Position numbers and translations under genes: made by a program
Origin: an uncultured Phycisphaerales bacterium
Lineage (GTDB): Bacteria; Planctomycetota; Phycisphaerae; Sedimentisphaerales; Anaerobacaceae
Assembly: GCA_963772725.1 (NCBI GenBank)
Contig: CAVYYI010000005.1
Coordinates: 160,001 to 224,000, forward strand
Reading direction: 5' to 3'
DNA: 64,000 bases
Shown: positions 32,886 to 42,542 of the stretch, one piece after another
Position numbering within the stretch: the first letter of the stretch is position 1
Layout of the letters: the number at the start of each line of letters is the position of its first letter
Notes under the pieces: model-generated
What the model was told of the DNA's origin: nothing
Seen by the model: the letters and a program-made list of their open reading frames with translations, nothing else
Database searches by the model: none

Positions 32886-33455
32886 ATGCGTGTTTTTATT
32901 GCCGTAGATATTGATGAATCGATAAGAGCCGCCTTGGGCGACTTGCAGAAAACGCTCCAAAAACAAGCCGACATCAGGAAAGGCGACGTCAAATGGGTCG
33001 ATACCGACGCTATGCACCTGACATTGAAGTTTCTCGGCGAATTCAAAGATTCCCAGCTTGCCGATGTCTGCAAAATCGTACAGGAAGCCGCCTTCAGGCA
33101 TAAATCTTTCGACCTTGATATCGAGTCACTCGGCACTTTCGGCGGTAGAACCCCAAACATCCTCTGGGTTGGCCTTGGCGAAGGAAACACCGAACTAAAA
33201 CAATTACAGGAAAATATTGATAATGACTTGTCCCTTGCCGGCTGGCCAAAAGAATCTCGCGAATTTTCAGGCCACCTGACATTGTGCAGAATAAGAGACC
33301 CCAGGGCCGGCCTCAAACTCGCCGCCAAAATTAACGATTATAAGGATTTCAAAGCTGGAACTTCCTTCGTCGATTCCGTCCGCGTCTATCAAAGCGACCT
33401 TACCCCCAAAGGCCCAATCTACACTCCACTTGGAACCTTTAATTTACTCAAATAA
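32886..33455 (+). CDS. thpR: RNA 2',3'-cyclic phosphodiesterase
   Basis: MRVFIA start, two HLTL motifs, GPIY end. Confidence 0.9.
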   Translation: MRVFIAVDIDESIRAALGDLQKTLQKQADIRKGDVKWVDTDAMHLTLKFLGEFKDSQLADVCKIVQEAAFRHKSFDLDIESLGTFGGRTPNILWVGLGEGNTELKQLQENIDNDLSLAGWPKESREFSGHLTLCRIRDPRAGLKLAAKINDYKDFKAGTSFVDSVRVYQSDLTPKGPIYTPLGTFNLLK

Positions 33456-33557
33456 AAGCAGGAAAAGGTATCCAGTACTTACATAATCTGATATGTTAGT
33501 CTGCCAGAAAAACTCCAAATCTTATCGCTTTAGCGGGAAATCAGATTCGCCTGACTA

Positions 33558-34034
33558 TTAGCGGTTTTCTCCCTCGTTAGTATCCTCGTCGAAGTCCGAT
33601 GAAGATTCATTGGACTCCCTCGCAATCAGGCCCTTTTCCTTTTGACTGGCGTATTCAACGCAATAACGCGTCCAGGGAATTGCTTTAAGTCTTTCTTTGG
33701 AAATGGGCTTACCGGTTCCCTCGCAAATACCGTAAGTGCCGTCTTCAATCCGCCCAAGCGCATCATCAATTTCGGTTAATAGTTTTCTCTCGCTATCCAT
33801 AAGCCCGATGGTGTTTTCCAACTCAAAATTATCCGAACCGGCATCAGCCATATGAATCGGCATGGTTGACAAGTCAGTCCTGGTTTTACGCAGGGTCTCA
33901 TCTTCCATCGCATTTACGCTGCCAAATATCTCTTTCCGCTTAGCTAACAGCATAATCTTGAATTCGTTCAATTCTTCACGCGTCAGTTTATTTTTTGTTG
34001 TGCTTTTTTTGGCCACTGGTACACCTTTCTTCAT
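33558..34034 (-). CDS. TraR/DksA-family transcription factor
   Basis: HMADAGSD coiled-coil tip; ALGRIEDGTYGICE...ERLKAIPWTRYC. Confidence 0.88.
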   Translation of the reverse strand: MKKGVPVAKKSTTKNKLTREELNEFKIMLLAKRKEIFGSVNAMEDETLRKTRTDLSTMPIHMADAGSDNFELENTIGLMDSERKLLTEIDDALGRIEDGTYGICEGTGKPISKERLKAIPWTRYCVEYASQKEKGLIARESNESSSDFDEDTNEGENR

Positions 34035-35576
34035 AAGTATTTAGTATAAATCAGCTTATCATCGCCGGCGGCGTAAAAATCCTTGACCCTGCAGGCGACA
34101 CGATAGCCCAGTTTTTCATAAAATTTCTGGGTCGAAACATATTTTTCCAAGCCCGAGGTTTCAACTACGATCAATCGACCGTCTTTGTTCTTAATAATCT
34201 CCGTTATATAGCTCATAAGTTCAGCCCCAATGCCGCTGCCCTGCTGTTCAGGAGCAACCGCCACCCAGTACACGTCAAAGGTTCCCAGCGTACATGGCGT
34301 CTGGCCAAAACATATCCATCCGACGACCTTGCCGTTATCGACGGCTGTGAAAGACTGATAATCACCGCCGGGACCTTTGGCAATCGAGTCATCCAGTACT
34401 TCTTCGGCGATTTTAAGCTCGTTTGGCCTGAAAAACTCCGTTTTCTCTAAAATCGACAAAATCATATCCCTGTCTTCAGCGGAAATGCGCCGAATTGTGA
34501 GACTTTTTCGGTTTGTTTTCGCCGTTTTTAAAGGACTTTTTCCATTTTGACCGCTTTTTTGGGTTAATCGTGTAACGGCGTTATTTAACAATATGTCTAT
34601 AAATTTGTCATAGCTTACGCCGCCGGCGACAATTGCCGCCGCAAAACCCGCATCTGGGGAAATATCGGGATTAGGATTTACTTCAAGAATGTAGACGTTG
34701 TCATTGCCGTCAAGACGAAAATCAACGCGGGCATAATCCTGGCAGCCAATGACGTTCCATGCGCCGAGGGCACATTGACGCACCTTTTTGGCTGTCGCTT
34801 CGGACAATTTAGCCGGAATAATCCGCGGGGTATTGTTGTACGCAAAGGAATCGGCCAGCCATTTGGCAGAATAATCAACGATACGCGGCTGGTCAGCGGC
34901 AAAAGAATTGAAATCAATCTCAGCTATCGGAAGAACTTCGACTTTATCGCCGTTTTGCAGCAGCAGCAACGTTCAGTTCTCTGTCGGGAATGAACTGCTC
35001 AACAACCGCCGGTTGCTTCATCTGCTGATGGATTCGTCTGACGGCTTTTTCCGCGGCATCGCCCGGCACATCGACGATGGAATTCGTATCTATTCCCTCG
35101 CTGGCATCTGAAAAAGCGGGCTTTACGATATATCTGCCTGGTGCCAGACTATTCATTTTGATATTTTGTCCGACCGCAATGACAATTCCATCGGGGCAGG
35201 GAAGATTGGCGGATTTGAGAATTGCCTTGGTGAGCCATTTATCCTGTGAGAGAATCATAGCCGCCGTGCCGTTGCCGGTGCAGACTCTGCCGTGTGCCTG
35301 ACAAACAGCCGGCACGTAACATGCATCTGAAATCTTTCCCGGCAGTTCCTCAACAAGATTAAATACTATCGGCTGGCGATTGCGATGAAGGATTTCCGGC
35401 AATTGCTCAATTCGCTGTACGCTTTCCACCAGGTATGTAGCACCGAGTCTGGCCAGTGCATTTTCGACTGAGCGTAGTTCATCGAGGATACCCGCGTTAC
35501 TTTCCGACCAGGCTTTCCCGGCACCGCCGGAAGTAACGGCATCAACAGCGTTATATATGATTAAGACACTTTCCAT
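34031..35576 (-). CDS. Ddl-like ATP-grasp ligase fused to a GNAT acetyltransferase (frameshift ~34960)
   Basis: VFNLVE, VKP...ASEGI, YARVDFR, LEVNPNP, then YWVAVAPEQQGSGIG...FYEKLGY. Confidence 0.82.
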
Positions 35577-35848
35577 TTTTTGTGTAGCAAAGAAACCCCC
35601 TGTAAAACCGGGAGCTAACTAATTTTTTTGTAATCGTTCACAGAAAAGGCGGCCGCCTCGTCCGCCGGAGGCGGAGGATTGAACGCATTTTCGGCGACAG
35701 CATAAAAGGTTAAGACTTAAAAGTCAAAAGTAAAATTGATTTTTGAAGAGAAGGAGCAAAAAGAGTTGTTTTGGATGCGAGAAGATTATCGCATTGGAGT
35801 CGGCGGAAGAACATTGGAAAATATTATCTGCGGGTGAAATATATAAGT

Positions 35849-35911
35849 GAGACCTCTGAAAAACTATGACTTTGAAAAAATCAGAGATTGCCGCGGCCTC
35901 AAAGAGGTCTC
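35849..35911. mobile_element. 63-bp IS5-end remnant / MITE-like element
   Basis: Starts with GAGACCTCTGAAAAACTATG (identical to the IS5 left end) and ends AGAGGTCTC. Confidence 0.6.
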
Positions 35912-36038
35912 GTATCAAAACACGAGAATAAAAGGCAGTTCGAATAAAAATCTTGAATTTTTTTTAGAAATAGTGTAACAAAAGTACGGGGAAGAACGTC
36001 TTATTTGGAAAGGCGTGTTATGTTAGGGATATGGCGGT

Positions 36039-36719
36039 ATGAAGAAAAGAGATATATGGATAACCCTTTCGATTGTCGCGGTAGCTGTTTTGGTGATTTG
36101 GATTCATTTTAGTCATTTCAGTTGGCAGCCAAAGGGGTATATACAAATCGCGCCAATCAATAACGCCCAGGCAGAAATGAAGCTTGAAGCAGGTATTTTT
36201 GGCGGCGTTATGAAGATAACCTCAGCAAACGGGGCGATTCCGGTTGCTGCGAGAGCTTATAAGCCCAAATCTATATATGTAACCGCTAAACAAGATAATA
36301 ACACTTGGCAGCTACGAAGTTTCGGCCCTTGGGGGAGCCTCAGAAGAATCGAGGTTGTAAACGGCGAAACCACAATAGTAAAAGCTGGCCCCCCATTTAA
36401 ACTTAAAACCGATGTAACAAAAAGTGCCGGAATCGTCTCAATCGGTTTGACAATACTTGGTCAGTCCGGAGAGAGGTATCACCCGGCTATTCAAAAGAAC
36501 AGTGGCAAGATGTCGGTTGCGATTGAGCCGACTGTTACGATTCTCGATGAGAAAGACAATATACTGGCCTCGGGAAAATTTGCGTATGGCTGAGGCGGCA
36601 CCTGCCGGTACTCGTGGCGAGTACCAGAAAATTTCAGCGGCAAATATCAGGTCAAGGTCGCCGCTGATTTTGGTCCTTTTGAAACGAAATTGGAGGACAA
36701 CTGGTATTCGATAGACTGA
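36039..36719 (+). CDS. Putative selenoprotein A (N-terminal TM; YG-U-GGTC), 226 aa with UGA 36591-36593 read through
   Basis: The frame stays open 41 codons past TGA (GGTCRYSWRVPENFSGKYQVKVAADFGPFETKLEDNWYSID), is similar to the paralog on both sides of the TGA, has a SECIS-like hairpin, and the terminator follows the extension. Confidence 0.8.
36607..36625 (+). promoter_or_regulatory. SECIS-like hairpin A
   Basis: GGTACTCG-TGG-CGAGTACC, perfect 8-bp stem starting 13 nt after the TGA. Confidence 0.75.
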
Positions 36720-36742
36720 AAATATAAAAACCACAAAACACC

Positions 36743-36780
36743 GGCGGGTCAGGAGAAAAGTTCTCTTGCCCGCCTTTTTT
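36743..36780 (+). terminator. Intrinsic terminator
   Basis: GGCGGG.CAGGAGAA...TTCTCTTGCCCGCC-TTTTTT. Confidence 0.8.
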
Positions 36781-36817
36781 ATTGAAATAAAAGTAGGATT
36801 AAAAAAAGGAGTAAAAA

Positions 36818-37894
36818 ATGAAAGACAGAGAGGTCAAAAGTGTTTGTGAAAAAATTAAGAAGAAAAAAACTTTAACACTGATAGCTAATATTAAAAAGTT
36901 ATCGGCAAAAAAAATCGTCGTACTGCTGTTGCTGGGATTTGCAGCCTTTCGAGCATGCCCTATTTATGCAGCGACGCCTTCACCAGCACACAATGTGGAA
37001 GGTGACAGCAACTCCGCTGGAGGAGGAAAGGCTGATGGGCTTTCCAAGCCGCCTTTACCAACGCACAATGTGGAGGGTAACAGCGGTATTTTTATTACCA
37101 GTATGGCTTATCTGGCAAATCCACCTGAAAAAGGACATATTTTCGGGCGCCCCAGTGTATCGACCAGTTTTGCAGCCATAGGCGAAAAGGATTTTGAATC
37201 GATTGCGCTAACCGAAAATATATGGGGCAGGGTGGAACTCGGTTATGCACTCGAGCGAATCGGATTAGGTGACTGGCCGGAAGATGTGCGTGCAAGTACG
37301 GGAAACCATGTTGACAATCATGTCCTGCTTCACAATTTCAACACGCGATTAATGGTCGTGGAAGAGGGAGGATTTGACCATGAATGGATGCCAGCGATAA
37401 CTTTGGGTTCTCATTTCAAGTGGAATGAAGGACTTGCACATATCAACAATCAGCTTGGCGGCACATGCGATTTGCTTGGGGCCGACCACACATCAGGGAC
37501 TGATTTTACGGCAGTAGCGAGTAAAACAATAACGCACCTGTTGCCGCGCCCGCTTATTGTCTCGGCTGGTCTGAGAAATAGCGATGCAATACAAACCGGA
37601 CTTCTTGGATTCGCCGGCGAGAGGCGAACGACCGTAGAAGGCAGTATTGTTTATTTTCTTACAGATAGGCTGTTATTGGCAAGCGAGTATCGTCAAAAGC
37701 CGCACGATTTAATCGCCCCATGCAGCGCCGGCGGCAGGGATTTAATCAAATCGGAAAGCGACTGGTGGGACATCTGTCTGGCATACATTGTCAATAAGCA
37801 TACCACGGTCGCCGGAGGTTATGCCAATTTTGGCAATGTGCTTAATCATAATGAAGATAATGTATGGGCAATTCAAGTCAAATATGAATTTTAA
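36818..37894 (+). CDS. Probable outer-membrane beta-barrel (DUF3034-like)
   Basis: Signal-like segment, PLPTHNVEGNSG..ITSMAYL, EYRQKP, C-terminal IQVKYEF. Family call is from recognition only. Confidence 0.65.
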   Translation: MKDREVKSVCEKIKKKKTLTLIANIKKLSAKKIVVLLLLGFAAFRACPIYAATPSPAHNVEGDSNSAGGGKADGLSKPPLPTHNVEGNSGIFITSMAYLANPPEKGHIFGRPSVSTSFAAIGEKDFESIALTENIWGRVELGYALERIGLGDWPEDVRASTGNHVDNHVLLHNFNTRLMVVEEGGFDHEWMPAITLGSHFKWNEGLAHINNQLGGTCDLLGADHTSGTDFTAVASKTITHLLPRPLIVSAGLRNSDAIQTGLLGFAGERRTTVEGSIVYFLTDRLLLASEYRQKPHDLIAPCSAGGRDLIKSESDWWDICLAYIVNKHTTVAGGYANFGNVLNHNEDNVWAIQVKYEF

Positions 37895-39546
37895 AGACTT
37901 CTGCAAAATGAATGATTTTTAGCAGAGGTCGGAACGGATAAACAACGCAATGGCAGTGGAACTGATGGATTATTGCAGCATGAGTGTGAATTTTGGTTTT
38001 TTTAAGGCCAGAAGGCCTGTTTAGAGACAGAGTATCCCCGAGAGTTCTGTCTTAGCTCTTTGAAAAGTTAATCGTTCAACGTCAACTGAGACATCAGCCG
38101 GCCTTGCGTCGGTTTGGTATTTGTGCGAATGTTTTATGGCAACGCATTTTCCCGGGCTGTTTAAGCAATATAGCAGCGGCAACGCCGATAAGACTTGCCG
38201 TCAGATGAGCGATTGTCATCTGATTACGCACGGTTTTCAATGAATAGTGCGTAGTCTGTTCAGCTTCACGGTCTCCTAACCGAGCAAAGTATTGCTCGAC
38301 TGATTCTCTTTGCTTGAAAGTTTCCTTAAATTCCCTTGAATCCCTTGGGACACGCGAACGTGCATCTTCAGTGATATCAATGTACTTGGTACAGCCGTAG
38401 CATTTGCCGGTATTGAAGGATGGAAGGTTTACCGGACAGGTGTTACTAAGTTTTTCAGCAGTCTTTTTGCTGACCTTTAAGGGGCAGCGAAACTTGATGC
38501 GTTCACGATTGCCCTCGGTCCATCTTCCGGTCGACCTCATTTCAAGACCAGCATCACAGATGGGACAGCCGTGAGGGCCAAAAGTCTTGTCATCTTTCTG
38601 ATTTCTTGGGTTGATTGGGATATATGGGTTTCCCTTCATCTTTCCAACTATAAAGGTGTACAGGTCTCTGACATCGTAGGCCTTATCCGCAAGAAACAGA
38701 AAGCCTTTTCTGACCCTGTATCTGCGTTTGAGTTCTTTAAGCAGCTTGAAGGCAACCTGCTGGTCTGTGGTGTTGTTTGGCAGAGTTATTTCAACAAGCG
38801 ATATTCCTTGTTTTGAGATTATGACATGTGTCCTGTATCCCCAGAAGAACAGCATGTTTTCCTTTTTGCCGTTGAGGACCTGACAAGAATAATAGCTCAA
38901 TGTTGCAGCAGGATTTCGAGTGGGCGTCTTGGTTTTATCGGTGGTGTTTCGGGCGGGATTTTTGAGATTATTTTCTTTTGTGGCAGCCATAACAGGTTTG
39001 GAGTCAATGATCAAGGTATCAAGGCTGACTAATCCCTGTTCGATAAGCCGCTGATTTAGACGGTAATGAATTTCTTTGAGAACAGAGTTATCGGTATCTG
39101 CCAAGAAACGATAGAATTGGGATTCGTCCGGCATATTCCCGAGCGTAAAGCCGCACAGTTCCAGCAGAGGCGGATTGGCTTGAAGATATTCGATAAGCTC
39201 AGGGACAGATTTTATTTGCTGAAGATGTTTGACGATGAGTGCTCTCAGGATGGCATGTCGTGAGTGACCTGTTCTGCCGACACCGAAGTTTCTGTCGGGC
39301 AGAATGGAAATATCGAGAGCCTGAAAGAGATAGAAGTACTTTCGCAGCAGCGATGAATTTCTGACAAGCTCCTGGAGGTCATAAAATAGTGACGTTTGAA
39401 CGTGGTACATAAAAAAATCTCCTTTATTTTGGTTGTAAGTCCTTTTACTGACAACGCTTACATAATATCCAAAATGGAGGAGATTGCAAGAAAAATAATG
39501 ACATAAGTCGTTATTTAACAAATATTTATGAATTTTACAAAAGGCT
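37895..39546 (-). mobile_element. IS element (DDE; IS1182/IS5-related, family uncertain)
   Basis: Imperfect TIR (14 of 19 matches: AGACTTCTGCAAAATGAAT vs AGCCTTTTGTAAAATTCAT) and 12-bp DR TATGAATTTTAA (37883-37894, 39547-39558). Confidence 0.82.
38094..39521 (-). CDS. DDE transposase (true start probably ~39410)
   Basis: IIDSKP, WGYRTH, LADKAYD, RESVEQYF. Confidence 0.85.
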   Translation of the reverse strand: MLNNDLCHYFSCNLLHFGYYVSVVSKRTYNQNKGDFFMYHVQTSLFYDLQELVRNSSLLRKYFYLFQALDISILPDRNFGVGRTGHSRHAILRALIVKHLQQIKSVPELIEYLQANPPLLELCGFTLGNMPDESQFYRFLADTDNSVLKEIHYRLNQRLIEQGLVSLDTLIIDSKPVMAATKENNLKNPARNTTDKTKTPTRNPAATLSYYSCQVLNGKKENMLFFWGYRTHVIISKQGISLVEITLPNNTTDQQVAFKLLKELKRRYRVRKGFLFLADKAYDVRDLYTFIVGKMKGNPYIPINPRNQKDDKTFGPHGCPICDAGLEMRSTGRWTEGNRERIKFRCPLKVSKKTAEKLSNTCPVNLPSFNTGKCYGCTKYIDITEDARSRVPRDSREFKETFKQRESVEQYFARLGDREAEQTTHYSLKTVRNQMTIAHLTASLIGVAAAILLKQPGKMRCHKTFAQIPNRRKAG

Positions 39547-39574
39547 TATGAATTTTAATTTAAGGAGAAATATA

Positions 39575-40378
39575 ATGAAGAGTAAAAGTGGTATTGGTCT
39601 TGGCAATGTTCAAGCGGTTTACGGCGGGCCGGAAGGTGAGCTTTGGGAACTGATTATGGGCCGACAAATTCATATTGGCGGTTTTAATTCATCTATGGCC
39701 CTCGCAGACAAAGCCGGCATCAGTTCACAGATGAAAGGTGTGGACCTTTGCTGTTGCAATGGAGAAGGCATGCGATTCCTTGTTCGTTTCAGAAACGTGG
39801 GGAAAATGCGGGGTGTTGACGCCACTAAAAAAGTCGTTGAGCAGGGAAAGCAGCGATGCAAACAGGAGGGACTCTCAGGCAAGATAGAATTTCTTCTTGC
39901 CGATGCCTGCGATAGCGGCCTGCCAAGCGATTCTGCCGATTTTATCTGGGGTGAAGACGCCTGGTGTTATGTTGTCGATAAAACAAAGCTCATCGCTGAG
40001 GCCTCGCGGATAGTAAAGCCCAAAGGCACAATAGCCTTCACTGATTGGGTGGAAGGGAAGACTCCGATGACCAAAGAAGAGGCTCAGCGTCTTTTGACTT
40101 TTATGAAATTTCCGAACATCGCTGACATCGACAGCTATCGCGAATTGCTTAAAATTAACAACTGCCAAATCATCGCCGCCGAGGACACCGGCAGATTCAC
40201 TCCTTATGTGGATTTATATATAAATATGCTCACGATGCAGTTAACTTCCGATGCTTTGAGGATTGTAAACTTCGACTCCGCGATTATGCAGTTTCTGGCA
40301 GGCGAAATGGCTTTTATGCAAAATTTGGCCCATAAAGGAAAAATAATCCAGGGACTTTTTGTCGCCAGGAAAAATTAA
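39575..40378 (+). CDS. Class I SAM-dependent methyltransferase
   Basis: Motif I variant VDLCCCNGEG, GVD, LADA, IVKPKG; SD AAGGAG. Confidence 0.85.
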   Translation: MKSKSGIGLGNVQAVYGGPEGELWELIMGRQIHIGGFNSSMALADKAGISSQMKGVDLCCCNGEGMRFLVRFRNVGKMRGVDATKKVVEQGKQRCKQEGLSGKIEFLLADACDSGLPSDSADFIWGEDAWCYVVDKTKLIAEASRIVKPKGTIAFTDWVEGKTPMTKEEAQRLLTFMKFPNIADIDSYRELLKINNCQIIAAEDTGRFTPYVDLYINMLTMQLTSDALRIVNFDSAIMQFLAGEMAFMQNLAHKGKIIQGLFVARKN

Positions 40379-40389
40379 GGATAAAAAAA

Positions 40390-41550
40390 ATGGATAAATG
40401 TTGCGGCAACAATAATGAATCGTTGAAGTGGTTCAGCCGGATGATACAGAATTGTTATCAGTATGCCTCAAAGGCTGATGCGCAAGGAAAGCCAATCGTT
40501 GGCATTATGTGCGAATACACTCCGCGAGAGTTGATTATGGCTTCCGGCGCGGTGCCGGTTTGTCTTTGCGGGGGCTCCGCCGATACAATTCCCGCCGCCG
40601 AGGAACATCTGCCCGCTAATCTTTGTCCCCTGATTAAATCCACTTATGGCTACCACATTCAAAAAACAAATCCATTTCTGGAAATGGCCAGTCTCATTGT
40701 GGCCGAAACAACCTGCGACGGAAAGAAAAAAATGTACGAGTTAATGGCACAAACCAGGCCGATGTACATTCTTGAACTTCCTCAAAAACCCGATGATGAC
40801 GACGCTATGGCGCACTGGATACAAGAGCTGCGCAAATTCAGGACAAAACTCGAAACCATGTTTAATGTAAAAATAACCGATGACAAGATTCGTCAGGCCA
40901 TACGAATTATGAACTGCGAGCGAGGTCTTCGCACCGGACTCGCGTCGATTATGGAATCAGACAACCCTCCGCTTACGGGCAGAGAACTGCTGCAATTCAA
41001 AAGCAGCATATCCGGTATTGAGGATGATTTGCAGCAATATGCGGCCGCATTAGAATTTTATAAAAATAAGACTAACGGTAACGGCTCGGCAGTAAGGGTA
41101 CTGATGACGGGAGTACCCATCGTCCACGGCGCCGAGCGTGTCCTGGAAATTATAGAATCCCACGGCGGCCTTGTAGTCTGTATGGATAACTGCACAGGCC
41201 TAAAGCCTATTCTCGAAGATGTTGATGAAAACGCTGCCGACCCCATTGTCGCTCTTGCGGAGAAATATTTGCATTTGCCCTGTGCTGTGATGACGCCAAA
41301 TAACCGGCGGCTTGAAGTTATTAAGGACCTCGCCCGGCGATACCGCCCCCAGTGTATCATCGACTTAATCTGGCAGACCTGCACTACATACGATGTCGAA
41401 TCATACTTTGTTAAGCAATTCGCGGAAAACCAACTCAGCATACCCTATCTAAGAATTGAGACGGATTATTCACCCTCGGATTCAGCGCGAATCGCCTTGA
41501 GAGTTGAAGCCCTGTTCGAGACAGTCCGCGAAAGGGGACACAAAAAATAA
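40390..41550 (+). CDS. HgdB-family / double-cubane-cluster protein (DCCP-like)
   Basis: GIMCEYTP, CLCGG, NLCPLIKS, ETTCDGKKKMYE, NCTG, LPCA, QTCTTY, IETDYS. Confidence 0.8.
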   Translation: MDKCCGNNNESLKWFSRMIQNCYQYASKADAQGKPIVGIMCEYTPRELIMASGAVPVCLCGGSADTIPAAEEHLPANLCPLIKSTYGYHIQKTNPFLEMASLIVAETTCDGKKKMYELMAQTRPMYILELPQKPDDDDAMAHWIQELRKFRTKLETMFNVKITDDKIRQAIRIMNCERGLRTGLASIMESDNPPLTGRELLQFKSSISGIEDDLQQYAAALEFYKNKTNGNGSAVRVLMTGVPIVHGAERVLEIIESHGGLVVCMDNCTGLKPILEDVDENAADPIVALAEKYLHLPCAVMTPNNRRLEVIKDLARRYRPQCIIDLIWQTCTTYDVESYFVKQFAENQLSIPYLRIETDYSPSDSARIALRVEALFETVRERGHKK

Positions 41551-42542
41551 TGCCTCAAAACAACGGAAAAATTATTTACACCTGCCCCTATGTTCCCGCT
41601 GAGTGGATAGCGGCGCACAGCCTTTCCCCATGTCGCCTTACACTCAATGCCGCTGATGTGAAAAGTATCGTCGAACATAGGCAGGGCCTTTGTCCTTACG
41701 TAAAAAGTTTTATCAATGAGGTCATGACAAATAACACTGCCTCTGCCGTCATAGTAACAACACTTTGCGACCAGATGCGGCGGGCATTTGATATAATAAC
41801 CAATCAAACCTCTCTGCCAGCCTTTCTTTTAAATGTCCCCCATACTTGGCAGGATATTTCCGCTGTGAAACTTTATCTTGACGAACTCAAACGACTCGGA
41901 AAATTTTTATGCACAATGGGAGGCAAATCTCCGTCAAATGATATCCTGGCTGAAATTATGCTCAATTACGACTCCAACCGAAAGGCTATTTTAGATGCCA
42001 AAGATTTTTTACCATCCCGGCGATTTTCCGAGACTATTGCGGAATTTAACTATTCCGGAAAATGCAATATCGAAAAAGAAACTCCCGAATCGCCGCAGGG
42101 CGTGCCTTTAGCGATTCTCGGAGGACCGCTTACCAAAGAAGCTTTCGAAATATTCGATATAGTTAAAAACGCCGGCGGAAATATTATTCTGGATGCGACC
42201 GAAACCGGCGAAAGAGGTTTGTGTGCGGGATTTGACCGCAGGCAATTAAGACATGACCCGCTGACCGAACTTGCCAACGCTTATTTTTACGGCATAGTAG
42301 ATGCCTCCCGCAGACCCGATAGCGAACTTTATAACTGGGTCAAACAAAAGCTTATCGAAAGACCCGTAAAAGGAATTATTTTTTATCGCTATATCTGGTG
42401 CGACGCCTGGCATGCGGAACTTTCCCGCCTAAAGCAATGGTCAAAACTCCCTATTCTTGATTTAGATACCCCCGGCGATGAACCGCTTACAATGCCCCGC
42501 ATCTCACAGCGGATTTCCGCCTTCATGGAGATACTTCGATGA
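41550..42542 (+). CDS. 2-hydroxyacyl-CoA dehydratase-family (HgdAB-like) protein
   Basis: YTCPYVPAEWI, LCPY, TTLCDQMRR, WCD. Confidence 0.75.
   Translation: MPQNNGKIIYTCPYVPAEWIAAHSLSPCRLTLNAADVKSIVEHRQGLCPYVKSFINEVMTNNTASAVIVTTLCDQMRRAFDIITNQTSLPAFLLNVPHTWQDISAVKLYLDELKRLGKFLCTMGGKSPSNDILAEIMLNYDSNRKAILDAKDFLPSRRFSETIAEFNYSGKCNIEKETPESPQGVPLAILGGPLTKEAFEIFDIVKNAGGNIILDATETGERGLCAGFDRRQLRHDPLTELANAYFYGIVDASRRPDSELYNWVKQKLIERPVKGIIFYRYIWCDAWHAELSRLKQWSKLPILDLDTPGDEPLTMPRISQRISAFMEILR

Noticed and set aside
36717..36719. Second TGA of protein A as another Sec
   Set aside because: It is followed by an A-rich tract and an intrinsic terminator, with no +22 UGN hairpin.
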